From contig OZ223209.1 of NCBI GenBank assembly GCA_965140415.1, positions 1,536,001-1,600,000 on the forward strand: DNA of 64,000 bases, in the 5' to 3' direction. This document shows, piece by piece, positions 19,260 through 28,391 of this stretch. The position numbers and the translations under genes are program-made. This DNA comes from Myxococcota bacterium (GTDB lineage Bacteria; Myxococcota_A; SURF-8). How positions within the stretch are numbered: position 1 is the first letter of the stretch; the number at the start of each line of letters is the position of its first letter. The notes below the pieces were generated by a model. It ran no database searches and was not told the DNA's origin. It was given only the letters and a program-made list of their open reading frames with translations.

Positions 19260-20159
19260 ATGAGCCAGACTCCTCCAGCCGAAAGCCATCAAATTTTGGG
19301 AGGCTGGCGGCTTGTCGAATGCCTGCACCGTGGTGTAGAGACGGAACTCTGGCGCGTCCAACGACGTAACGCTACAGAAACTGAGCAGGCCGTCATTAAA
19401 CGCCTGTATCCACAGCAGGCGCAGCTTTCGTCGGCTCGGGATCGCATACACGCGGAGATGCGCTGGCTTTCTCGTCTGCAACATACCAATATCATTAGGC
19501 TGCTGGATTTCGGAAACGAAGGCGGTTCTCCCTTTGTGGTCCTGCAATGGGTAGAAGGGCTGGACCTTGCGCGTTTGTTCAAGAACATGTGCGCCGCAGG
19601 CGATCGCTTGCCGGAAGCTGCCATCTCCTATATTGCTTATGAGCTATCACAAGCCTTGCTTGCTGTTCATCGCTGTACAAACTCGGAAACCGGTGAATGT
19701 CTGGGCCTGGTTCATCGGGATATTTGCCCGGCGAACGTGCTGCTGTCCACGGATGGCGAGATCAAACTGATCGATTTCGGGCTGGCGTTGAGCTTGTGCC
19801 AGCGTCAGCAGCAGCCCAAGCTGGAGCCCTGCGGGCATCTTGCGTATCTCAGTCCGGAGCGCGCACGGGGTGAAATGGCGAGCGAGCAAAGCGACCTGTT
19901 CGCGCTGGGGATCATCTTGTGGGAGCTTATAGAAGGCAGGCGGCTGTTTGCGGCTGACGACGCGACACAAAGCCTGTATCAGATAGAAGCCTGTGTGATT
20001 CCGCCTGTAAGGGAAAGCGTGTCTGCAAATCTCGCCGAGCTGCTTCGCAGCCTATTGCATGTCGATGCCAACCAACGCTTTTGTCATTTCAACTTGTCGG
20101 AATCGGAAGTGGAAGAGGGAAGGCGCGCTCTTGCCCAACTCGTGCGCCGCTATGCATGA
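19260..20159 (+). CDS. Hanks-type serine/threonine protein kinase (kinase domain only)
   Basis: AVIK, HRDICPANV, DFG, YLSPE, SDLFALG; ATG at 19260. Confidence 0.88.
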   Translation: MSQTPPAESHQILGGWRLVECLHRGVETELWRVQRRNATETEQAVIKRLYPQQAQLSSARDRIHAEMRWLSRLQHTNIIRLLDFGNEGGSPFVVLQWVEGLDLARLFKNMCAAGDRLPEAAISYIAYELSQALLAVHRCTNSETGECLGLVHRDICPANVLLSTDGEIKLIDFGLALSLCQRQQQPKLEPCGHLAYLSPERARGEMASEQSDLFALGIILWELIEGRRLFAADDATQSLYQIEACVIPPVRESVSANLAELLRSLLHVDANQRFCHFNLSESEVEEGRRALAQLVRRYA

Positions 20160-20173
20160 GGCTTTGTGAAGCC

Positions 20174-20683
20174 TCACGGTGTTTCTTGCTGCTCTTTTAA
20201 AGAACACGCGGATAGGTCGGGTGTGGGAAGCAGGCCGCTGCGGCGAATCTCGATGATTTCCGGTACGAACCGGCGGCTGCGTTTGGCGAGGCGGTCGAAG
20301 CTGATACTGATGGCGAGCATAAGCGCCAGCCCCAGACCAGCACCAATGATGGAGCCGTTTTCACTGGCAGAAGCGTCTGCCCCGCCAAGAGTTGAGCCGA
20401 TCAGAGCCCCGGCGATCAAACCGATCAGTGGTAACAGATACATAAATAGCGAGGAAATGAGAAAGGTGCCCTGCGGCATGGCTACGGAAACGTAATCGCC
20501 TACTTTGCCGCCGACGCTGTTCAAGGCCCGCAGCATATCCGGCTTGTCTTTTCCCAGTGCAAAGCACAAACCGCGCTCCGTGCATTTCTCGCACGCGCCC
20601 CGGCGGGGTGTCGCGACAATAGCCTGGTTTCCGTCAAGCTGCCGAATCACTCCGTTGCGTACTGTCGATGTATCCGAATTCAT
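20174..20683 (-). CDS. rseC: RseC/MucC (SoxR-reducing system) family membrane protein
   Basis: GACEKC....C motif, GGKVGDYV, YLLPLIGLIAG two-TM C-terminus; likely ATG at 20683. Confidence 0.85.
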   Translation of the reverse strand: MNSDTSTVRNGVIRQLDGNQAIVATPRRGACEKCTERGLCFALGKDKPDMLRALNSVGGKVGDYVSVAMPQGTFLISSLFMYLLPLIGLIAGALIGSTLGGADASASENGSIIGAGLGLALMLAISISFDRLAKRSRRFVPEIIEIRRSGLLPTPDLSACSLKEQQETP

Positions 20684-20779
20684 ATCCCGTGTTCCTTGCG
20701 ATTTCTTCCGCTTAAAAACGAACGCCGGTATTATTGCGCCCACAGGGTGTTACGTCAACGATTGATGGCCGTTCATTCC

Positions 20780-20815
20780 AAAAAGAAAAAGACCTCCGAT
20801 GCAGCAGGAGGTCTT
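20780..20815 (-). terminator. Intrinsic terminator ending the tmc/hmc operon
   Basis: AAGACCTCC/GGAGGTCTT stem (20789-20797/20807-20815) followed on the minus strand by a T-rich run. Confidence 0.75.
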
Positions 20816-20848
20816 ATGAAGTCGCATAGAGTTGTTTTAAGTACTTGG

Positions 20849-20989
20849 TTATTCCTTGCTGTCGCGATCGACCAGGAAGCGGTAGAACGCAACGAAGCAG
20901 AGCAGCCACGTCACGATGACCACATAGGTGACGCCTTCGGAATGAACCAGGAAATCCTGTAAGGTATAGAAAATATTGCCTTCGTGCAT
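20849..20989 (-). CDS. hmcD: HmcD-like small membrane subunit (46 aa; absent from ORF track)
   Basis: Hand translation MHEGNIFYTLQDFLVHSEGVTYVVIVTWLLCFVAFYRFLVDRDSKE; AGGAG RBS; one TM helix; directly after hmcC. Confidence 0.85.
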   Translation of the reverse strand: MHEGNIFYTLQDFLVHSEGVTYVVIVTWLLCFVAFYRFLVDRDSKE

Positions 20990-21004
20990 GGCGTTCTCCT
21001 GTGG

Positions 21005-22183
21005 CTAGTCGTGTTCCGGGTAATCGGGATGTTCGTAGAAAATCGGCATATGGGTAACGATGAAACGGAAAGCCAGAACTCCCAACGTTACCAGGAAGAT
21101 CGAAAGAGCAACTTCCATCCAGTGCGGCGTGTAGCGCAATTCACTGGGCAGGTGGTAGTTGAACGCGGTCAGTGAGATATTCAAGCGGTTGAAGACGATT
21201 CCCAGCACCGTGATAAGGGCCGCCCAGCGGATCAGCGTGCGGTTCTTTTCGCGAACGCCGATTGCATACATAACACAGGGCGTGGCCACGAAGCCGAACA
21301 TCTCGACCAGGAATATCGCGCCGTAGTCCGAGTTCAAATAGCCCCAGTTGTTGTCCAGGCTGACTCCGATCCATTTAATGGCGAAGTATCCGGCCAGCAC
21401 CATCGAAGCGGCCTTACCGAATCCGAAGACTAAAGCATCTGCGGCTTCCAGGTGTTTTTCGTCCATCTTGTGATGGAAGTATTTGTGCGACAAGCCACCC
21501 TCGAAGAGCACCATGGATAGACCTGCTGCGATACTGGATACGAAGAAGAAGACCGGCAGGAAGGAACTGTACCACAAAGGGTGCAGTTTTCCCGGCGTCA
21601 TCAGATACATCGCACCCAGTGAACTCTGGTGCAGCGTGCTCAGTACTACGCCGAAAATCGTCAACAGGATCGTCAGTTTGTGGATCAGACCGCGCAGCTT
21701 TTTCAGGCCCAGCCATTCCATCGGTGCAATGGAGAATTCCAGGAACAGAACGGTCAGATACAACGCCACGCAGGCGGCCACTTCGAACATAACCGAGGTG
21801 GTTCCTTGTTGAACAAGAAACGGGTAGGGCAGCCGCAGGGGGCGTCCGACATCATAGAGCAGCGCAACGACCACCAGGGCATAGCCTAAAAATCCGGTTA
21901 AGATCGCCGGGCGCACGGCGGCGTGGTATTTTTTCATACCGAATAAATACACGCCTGCGCTGGTGGTGTAACCACCCGCCGCCAGGGCAACACCGCAAAG
22001 CAGATCGAAGCCGATCCAGAATCCCCATGGGGTGTAGCCGTCTAGATTCGTTACGGTGGCCAGACCACCGGTGAAGCGCAGCACGGTGATGACCAGACCG
22101 ACGATCACGATGATTCCGGCAACGATGTTGAACGGTGTCAACAGCCCCCTCCCATTACTCTGAACAGCAGTCTCGTGGGACAT
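21005..22183 (-). CDS. hmcC: HmcC, NrfD/HybB-family integral membrane subunit
   Basis: PWGFWIGFDLLCGVALAAGG, DVGRP, LSTLHQSSLG; about 10 TM helices. Confidence 0.88.
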   Translation of the reverse strand: MSHETAVQSNGRGLLTPFNIVAGIIVIVGLVITVLRFTGGLATVTNLDGYTPWGFWIGFDLLCGVALAAGGYTTSAGVYLFGMKKYHAAVRPAILTGFLGYALVVVALLYDVGRPLRLPYPFLVQQGTTSVMFEVAACVALYLTVLFLEFSIAPMEWLGLKKLRGLIHKLTILLTIFGVVLSTLHQSSLGAMYLMTPGKLHPLWYSSFLPVFFFVSSIAAGLSMVLFEGGLSHKYFHHKMDEKHLEAADALVFGFGKAASMVLAGYFAIKWIGVSLDNNWGYLNSDYGAIFLVEMFGFVATPCVMYAIGVREKNRTLIRWAALITVLGIVFNRLNISLTAFNYHLPSELRYTPHWMEVALSIFLVTLGVLAFRFIVTHMPIFYEHPDYPEHD

Positions 22184-23262
22184 CAGGCTTTCTCCTCGGT
22201 TTTCTCTTGAGCAGCTTGCTCCAACTCTTTTTTATAATCGTCAATCGCCTTTTTCACGGCGCGATTCACGGCCATTTCCTGCGATTTCTTGGCGTTTTCC
22301 TTTTCCTTTTTCACTCGTTCCGCCAATGTGGCGTCCGCTGCTTGCTGGTTTTGCTGCACGGCCTGAGCCAGTTCCTGAGCCGCAATCTTTTCTTTACGCT
22401 TGCTCATGGCATAGATACCGGTCAGCAGCACCGGCCAAAGACCAACGACCATCGGCACCGCGCCCAGCGCACCGGCAGTCAATTCCGGTGGTGGAGAGTG
22501 AGGAACGTGCGTCGAGAGTCCCAGATCGTTGAAATCTACTCCGGCGATATACAGCCAACTCGTTCCGCCGATTTCTTTTTCACCAAAGATGTGGTCTTTA
22601 TAGCGTTCGGGATGATCTTTGATGCGCTTGCGAGCGATCTTTAACAGGTCGTCGCGCTTACCGAAGGTCAGTGCTTCCATCGGGCAGGCTTCTACGCAGC
22701 CGGGCAACTTGCCTTCTTTGATGCGCGGATAGCACATGGTGCAGCGAATGACGACCGGGGTGGTCGGGTTGTCGTATTCATATCCCGGCAGGCTCCAGGG
22801 GCAGGCCAGCAGGCAGAAGCGGCAACCGACGCACACGCTGGGATCGTAAACCACCGGACCTTCAGGAGATTTGTGGAAGGCATGCACGAAGCATGCATTG
22901 GCACAGGCCGGCTCCAGGCAATGGTTGCATTGCATTTTTCGGAAAACCGGCGAGCCACCTTTCCCAACACCGTCATACCGATTCACGACCGTAAAGCGCC
23001 CTGTTTCCACCCGGCGTTTCTTGTCCAGCACCGAAAGGTCGTCGAAGGGCTTTTCGGGTTTGGGCTTGTTGTTGACCCGGTTACAGGCGTCTTCGCAGGA
23101 ACGACAGCCGACGCAACGGGTGGTGTCGTGCAACACGCCGTAGCTGCCCTCATATCCTTCGAAGTGCTTGTTGGCCGAGCTGGCATGTGCCTTTTTACCC
23201 ACGGCGGCAGTCGCCCCTACGGTGGCTGCGAGTTTGAAAAATCCTCTACGAGATATGCTCAT
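22183..23262 (-). CDS. hmcB: HmcB, Tat-exported 4Fe-4S ferredoxin-like subunit with C-terminal TM anchor
   Basis: SRRGFFK Tat motif; CVGCRSCEDAC, CNHCLEPACANAC, CVGCRFCLLACP, CTMC...CVEACP. Confidence 0.9.
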   Translation of the reverse strand: MSISRRGFFKLAATVGATAAVGKKAHASSANKHFEGYEGSYGVLHDTTRCVGCRSCEDACNRVNNKPKPEKPFDDLSVLDKKRRVETGRFTVVNRYDGVGKGGSPVFRKMQCNHCLEPACANACFVHAFHKSPEGPVVYDPSVCVGCRFCLLACPWSLPGYEYDNPTTPVVIRCTMCYPRIKEGKLPGCVEACPMEALTFGKRDDLLKIARKRIKDHPERYKDHIFGEKEIGGTSWLYIAGVDFNDLGLSTHVPHSPPPELTAGALGAVPMVVGLWPVLLTGIYAMSKRKEKIAAQELAQAVQQNQQAADATLAERVKKEKENAKKSQEMAVNRAVKKAIDDYKKELEQAAQEKTEEKA

Positions 23263-23306
23263 GGTTCACTCCTTGACCGAACCTGTATCGCTTGATCGAG
23301 TATGAG

Positions 23307-24926
23307 TCACAGTTTTTTCTTGATGTGGCAGTCCTGACATCCCTGGGCTTTCTCCACTTTCATGCTCTTATGGCAGCCCATGCACATCAAGTGATAGGCT
23401 CCCTTTAATCCCGGACGGTGGATGTCTTCATCATCGAAGGGCGCACCGTGACAATTGCTGCATAGCGGCGGTTTCTCGCCGACCGGCGTATTGTGATGGC
23501 AGCCCTGGCACAGGGCGTCTTCTCCGCCGTGGAAATACAAGGCCATCGGACTTCTCCGGATACCTTCCAGCAGCTTATCAACGTGGTTGTCATGCGCGAA
23601 ATTCACTGGCCGATAAAGGTTTTGCAAGCTGGAAATTTTCACCTCATCCGGCAAGTCTTCTTTGTTAAAGGACAACGTATGTTGCTGTGGATCGAAACCG
23701 GAAACCTGCTGGAATGTTTGCGGTACCTGCTGGGTTTCTGCGGTATCGCCATCGCTGCTTTCTGCTTCAGCTTCCGCCATCTTTTCGCCATTTTGGTTGT
23801 GGCAGCGCACGCAGGCGTTTTTCGCGTATTTTTCCTTTGGCATCAGCGAATGGCAGCCGGCGCAGTTCTGTTCCGTCATTTTTACGTCTTCATGGCAACC
23901 CAAGCAGCTTGCGCCTTTCGTCAGCGTGTGCATGGCGTCTTCCAGATTCACACCGCCGCCGCGCTTGGTGCCGGTCATGGTGTGACAATCGCCGCAGGCG
24001 TTCATGGAATTGTGATGACAGCCACGGCAGGAGTCGGTGTAGTTTTCGTGTCCTTTGTGGTTGAAGGGGACAGCTTTTAACTTGGCTTGTTTGGGTTGTT
24101 CTTCACCATATGTGGAACGCACGACTACGACATCGGGTTGACCACGCTGCAAACGCGGCGGATTGTCGATTTCTTTGCAATTGGCCTGTTCCTTGGCGTC
24201 ATGGCAACCGGCACAGTTGGTCGGACCGGTTTTCTGGTTTCCCAGTGACATGTTCCGGTGACATCCCAGGCATTGCTCGTGTGCCACTTTGCGGAAGGAA
24301 CTGCGCCCGTGCGGCGTATTGGATTCTTCATTCTGGTGGCATTCCCGGCAAGAACTTTCGTGTCCTTTGACATAGCTTGGCTTTGCATCTGCGGCACTGT
24401 CGGAACCTTCGTGGTGACAGCGGTCGCACTGGTTTTCCATGGCCTGAATATGGCTATAGTGCAGGGATTTGTCAAAGCCGACCGGCTGGCGGGTGGAGGT
24501 GTACTCCGGTTCTGCACGGTGGCAGTCGCCACAGGTGATGGGGCCGCTTTCCTTGCCTTCATCTCTGAATTTCTGGTGGCAGCCGATGCAGCCTTCGTGA
24601 TAGAGCTCCATCAGTTCCGCACCCTTCGATTTCCACAGCCGCATGAATTTCTGGGAGAGCAGGCCGTTTTCCTGCTGCTTATGGCAGGTGCTGCAATCTT
24701 TGCCCGATTGCCCGACCGCCTCGACGTGAGCGTCGTGCTTGAATTGCACCGGCGGTCGCTCCAGATCTACGGAACTCTTCATCACGTCGATGAGTATCAG
24801 ATCGGCGCGACCGTGGCCATGTTCCTCTTCGTCCCCGAAAGCGAGCATTCCGCTCAGTCCGACCAGCAGAATCAGCGCCAGTCCCGCTACGTGTGGCCAC
24901 ATGCGATGCTTTGAAAAAAACGCCAT
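23307..24926 (-). CDS. hmcA: HmcA high-molecular-weight cytochrome c (16 hemes)
   Basis: 16 CxxCH motifs counted; class III cytochrome F.H..H segments; PGLKGAYH; signal peptide. Confidence 0.92.
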   Translation of the reverse strand: MAFFSKHRMWPHVAGLALILLVGLSGMLAFGDEEEHGHGRADLILIDVMKSSVDLERPPVQFKHDAHVEAVGQSGKDCSTCHKQQENGLLSQKFMRLWKSKGAELMELYHEGCIGCHQKFRDEGKESGPITCGDCHRAEPEYTSTRQPVGFDKSLHYSHIQAMENQCDRCHHEGSDSAADAKPSYVKGHESSCRECHQNEESNTPHGRSSFRKVAHEQCLGCHRNMSLGNQKTGPTNCAGCHDAKEQANCKEIDNPPRLQRGQPDVVVVRSTYGEEQPKQAKLKAVPFNHKGHENYTDSCRGCHHNSMNACGDCHTMTGTKRGGGVNLEDAMHTLTKGASCLGCHEDVKMTEQNCAGCHSLMPKEKYAKNACVRCHNQNGEKMAEAEAESSDGDTAETQQVPQTFQQVSGFDPQQHTLSFNKEDLPDEVKISSLQNLYRPVNFAHDNHVDKLLEGIRRSPMALYFHGGEDALCQGCHHNTPVGEKPPLCSNCHGAPFDDEDIHRPGLKGAYHLMCMGCHKSMKVEKAQGCQDCHIKKKL

Positions 24927-24990
24927 CTCAGTTTTCCTTCATCTGCTTATGAATACGCTACGATCGTTTCGTGCCGTTCGTGTTGCGTTC

Positions 24991-26307
24991 TTACCCGAAA
25001 TCCACTACTTCCATTAAAATATCCAATACGAATTTGGTATGCATGTTCAAATTGTAGTGGCTGATGATGTCCTCGATGCCGCTATGGCAGTTGTGACAGG
25101 GTGTGACGCAAATATGCGCGCCCGTCTCCCGCAATTGATCCGCTTTAACACGGATGCTCTTCATACGCGAGTTTTTCCAGGGCGGACCGCAGTTGATGAT
25201 GCCGCCGCCCGCCGCACAACAGTAGTTGTGTTCGAAGCGCGGGCTGACATCGGTGAACTTTTCACAGGTTTCGTTAATGATATAGCGCAGTTTGTCACCC
25301 AGACCCAGTCCGCGCACGGTATTGCAGGGGTCTTGTACGGTCACATGTTCCGGGTATTTCTTTTTAATGCGCACTTTCTTGTTTTTGATCAAATCGTAAT
25401 AGAAATCAATGGCATGCACCATTTCGATCGGCGGATACTGCCAACCCAACCAGCGGGGACCGTCGTAAACCGCGCCGCGATAGGCATGACCGCATTCGCC
25501 CATAACGATCTTCTTGACCTTTAACCGTTCTGCGGTTTCCCAGTGCAGCCGTTCCACGCGCCCCATGACTTCGAAATCGCCGGAGAACATGGCCATGTTG
25601 CTGTTGTCCCAGCCGTCGGTTGCAGGCATGGTCCAGTCGATTCCGGCTACCGTCATCAACTTGGCCATATTGGCGAGCAGGTGCGCCATGATCTTCGGTT
25701 CCGGACCGATAACGGAGTAAAGCACTTCCGCGCCTTCTTTTTCCAGCGGGATGCGCAGGTTCGGCATGTCGAACTGGGCTTCTTCCTCCTGCCACATCAG
25801 CGTATCGATCCATTCGTCCTGGTTCACCCACATCTGGTTGTTGGTGGCCGAGTGACTGTTGGTGGTATCTTGCAGGAATTGCGGAACCACGCGCAACAGG
25901 TGGCAGATACGACGCGCCAGCATCATCAAATATGCGATATCGATGCCGAAGGGGCAGTACATGCTGCAACGACGGCAGGTGCCGCATTCGGTGTAGGCGA
26001 TCACCGCCATTTGTCGGATGAATTCCGGTGAGACGTTGCCGTCTTTTTTCACCAGCTCCCAGATCGTGTTGCGTACTTTGCTGACGGGGGCGAATTCCGG
26101 ATCTTTATCCCGTGATAGATACGTGTGACAGGCATCGGCGCACAAACCGCAGCGCACACAGGTTTCCAGGTAGACTTTCAGCCTGGCGGCGGATTCCTGT
26201 TTGAGCACTCGGTCAACCGCCCATTTGATTTTCTCGGGAGTGAGGCGCTTGATACCCTCGTCGAGCCCTTGGTCTTGTACGTGTTCCCGGGTCGTGGTCA
26301 TGTTCAA
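24991..26307 (-). CDS. tmcB: TmcB/HmcF-like cytoplasmic Fe-S protein (CCG/HdrD-DsrK family)
   Basis: CVRCGLCADAC, CGTCRRCSMYCP, ECGH, DPC, CCAAGGG, CHNC. Confidence 0.85.
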   Translation of the reverse strand: MNMTTTREHVQDQGLDEGIKRLTPEKIKWAVDRVLKQESAARLKVYLETCVRCGLCADACHTYLSRDKDPEFAPVSKVRNTIWELVKKDGNVSPEFIRQMAVIAYTECGTCRRCSMYCPFGIDIAYLMMLARRICHLLRVVPQFLQDTTNSHSATNNQMWVNQDEWIDTLMWQEEEAQFDMPNLRIPLEKEGAEVLYSVIGPEPKIMAHLLANMAKLMTVAGIDWTMPATDGWDNSNMAMFSGDFEVMGRVERLHWETAERLKVKKIVMGECGHAYRGAVYDGPRWLGWQYPPIEMVHAIDFYYDLIKNKKVRIKKKYPEHVTVQDPCNTVRGLGLGDKLRYIINETCEKFTDVSPRFEHNYCCAAGGGIINCGPPWKNSRMKSIRVKADQLRETGAHICVTPCHNCHSGIEDIISHYNLNMHTKFVLDILMEVVDFG

Positions 26308-26337
26308 TGGTCCTCCAAGCGATTGATCGCGTCTCGA

Positions 26338-26991
26338 CTACCAGTCTTTGCTGTTACGAACAAAGCCGAACTCACTGCCCATATAAGCTCTGGTCAGTGG
26401 GAAAAAGAGCATATGGCTGATCCGGGTAAACGGTATGGCCATCAGCCACACTTCACCCGTCAGAATATGAGCGGTAATGATGGTGGTGTAGTCGGCTGCC
26501 TGATAATAAGCCAGCATGCCGGTGAAGAAGGGGCTTAGCACCAACAGAAGCAGCACGAAATCCCAGATCGAACTGACCATGCGCACGGTCGGCTCGGCCA
26601 GTCGGCGCAAACCGAAAATCACACCCACCACCAACACGATGATCGTCATGCTGTTGGTCATGCCTTCCGGCAGGTTCGCCCAGCGAAATCCCCAGGACTG
26701 CTCCAGCAGGATCAAATGACCCAGTGTCAACAGCGGGGTGACGATCAGGCAGAAGTGAAACAGAAACGACACGATCGTAAAGAAAGGACGTTTACGCATA
26801 TTGAGGCTGCCAAACGGGATCAGCCAGTGAAACACGGAGCGCAGTCCGAATTTCCAGTTCATGTAGGGGTAGACCACCTTGTCTTTCTTGGCCAGGCGGA
26901 TCATCGAGACCAGCTTGTAGATGCTGCCCAGGATGAAGACCAGAAAGGCGATCCATACCAAGGGTCCGCGTGCAAGTTCGTACAGTGCCAC
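26338..26991 (-). CDS. tmcC: TmcC/HmcE-like membrane cytochrome b (NarI family)
   Basis: LARGPL, FH...GH and H...PFTRISHM heme-b His pattern; AAAGGAG RBS 7 nt before GTG at 26991. Confidence 0.85.
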   Translation of the reverse strand: MALYELARGPLVWIAFLVFILGSIYKLVSMIRLAKKDKVVYPYMNWKFGLRSVFHWLIPFGSLNMRKRPFFTIVSFLFHFCLIVTPLLTLGHLILLEQSWGFRWANLPEGMTNSMTIIVLVVGVIFGLRRLAEPTVRMVSSIWDFVLLLLVLSPFFTGMLAYYQAADYTTIITAHILTGEVWLMAIPFTRISHMLFFPLTRAYMGSEFGFVRNSKDW

Positions 26992-27041
26992 GGTCAAACT
27001 CCTTTATAGATGAGTCGTGTCTTTACTGATTCGGTTACCAG

Positions 27042-28292
27042 TTACAGTTCCACGATTTCCCGGATGTACGAGCCATCCTGAATATAACGCAACATCAGCT
27101 TGTTGCCGTCCGTGCTGAAAATGGGATCCCACATTTTCTCAACGTTTTCGCCAAGTTTTCGTCCGTTCAGATAACAGCAGAATGTTCCATTCTGTTCTAC
27201 TTTGGCCGCAACCCGGTGTCCATCGGGGCTGATGACCGGATCCCAGGCCATGTCGAAGGTGTCCGCCCAGGCTTCGCCGTTGACGGCGACTCCCCAACGA
27301 TTATCACTCTTTACAAGGGCGGCTACGGTCGCCCCGTTTGCAGAAAGCACCGGTTGAGTTACCATATCCTTAAAGGTGGCCGACCAGGGTTGATCGTCTA
27401 CCGCGATGGACCAGCGCCCGAATTCTTTGGCGACGACCGCCGCCAGCCGGGAACCGTCTTGACTATACACGGGTTTCCAGCACTGAGCGAAGGAGCGGCT
27501 CCAGAAGGATTCGCCGTTACGAACCAAGGTCCAATTGCCCTGGATACGTACCGGAGCGATGACATCTTCGCTGTTGGGAACAAACAGCGGTTCCCACACC
27601 GCGGGATAGCGTGCCGACCAGGCAAGCCCGTTTTTAGCGATGGTGTATTCGTGGTTGCTGGTGCGCACTTGAGCGGCGACCTGGCTGGCGTCGTCATTGA
27701 AAACCGGCGCCCACAAGCCAAGGAAGCTTTGCTCCCAGGGGGTGCCATCGATCAGCAAGGTCCACATGCCTTTGAAAAACGACTCGATATCCGCCTCTTT
27801 GCGGGGGCCTGTTTGGATGCTGTAGGCCAGATGCTGTCCGTCGGGACTGACACAGAACTCACGAATGGCAGGGTAGCCGGTTTCAAAAGGTTGGCCGTTG
27901 ATCGATGCGCCGTAATCCATGCCGCTTTTACACAGGAAAGCGACAACTTCGCCATTGGCGCTGAAACGCGGCTGCCAGACGAAATCGAAACGTTCGCCTG
28001 CAACCTCACCATCCAGCGCCAAGCCCCATTCGTCGTCGTTCATCGCCAAGGCCATCAATTTGCCGCTGGGCAGATAGCGCAGATACCAGAGCTTTTCAAA
28101 CGAATTCGGCCAGGGCTGATCGTTCAGGCTGACCGTGTATTCATCATCCTCGGTTTTTCCCAAGGTGGCCAGGGTTTCTCCATCCGGAGAGGCGGCCATT
28201 TCATGAACTTCCTTGTAACCGGAATGAATGGTGTTGAGGTCCGCAAGGACTTTTTTCCCGTTACTCCAATCCCATTGCTCTTTCGCGCTCAT
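27042..28292 (-). CDS. tmcD: TmcD-like tryptophan-rich beta-propeller subunit
   Basis: Repeats W.P.FS.DG..AA.V...W...VDG..W; N-terminal WDW; position before tmcC-tmcB. Confidence 0.85.
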   Translation of the reverse strand: MSAKEQWDWSNGKKVLADLNTIHSGYKEVHEMAASPDGETLATLGKTEDDEYTVSLNDQPWPNSFEKLWYLRYLPSGKLMALAMNDDEWGLALDGEVAGERFDFVWQPRFSANGEVVAFLCKSGMDYGASINGQPFETGYPAIREFCVSPDGQHLAYSIQTGPRKEADIESFFKGMWTLLIDGTPWEQSFLGLWAPVFNDDASQVAAQVRTSNHEYTIAKNGLAWSARYPAVWEPLFVPNSEDVIAPVRIQGNWTLVRNGESFWSRSFAQCWKPVYSQDGSRLAAVVAKEFGRWSIAVDDQPWSATFKDMVTQPVLSANGATVAALVKSDNRWGVAVNGEAWADTFDMAWDPVISPDGHRVAAKVEQNGTFCCYLNGRKLGENVEKMWDPIFSTDGNKLMLRYIQDGSYIREIVEL

Positions 28293-28332
28293 GCTCGCTA
28301 CTCCTGCTCGTCGGCTGGATAGAACGTTATGT

Positions 28333-28343
28333 AATTGTTACAC
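28333..28343. promoter_or_regulatory. Operator-like half site upstream of tmcD
   Basis: AATTGTTACAC, identical to 29005-29015. Confidence 0.45.
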
Positions 28344-28391
28344 TAAACTCATTCACTTCCGGACCGTCGTGGATTCATCAGGCTGAGCCCG

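Noticed and set aside
27216-28322. 368-aa plus-strand ORF
   Set aside because: Antisense shadow of tmcD
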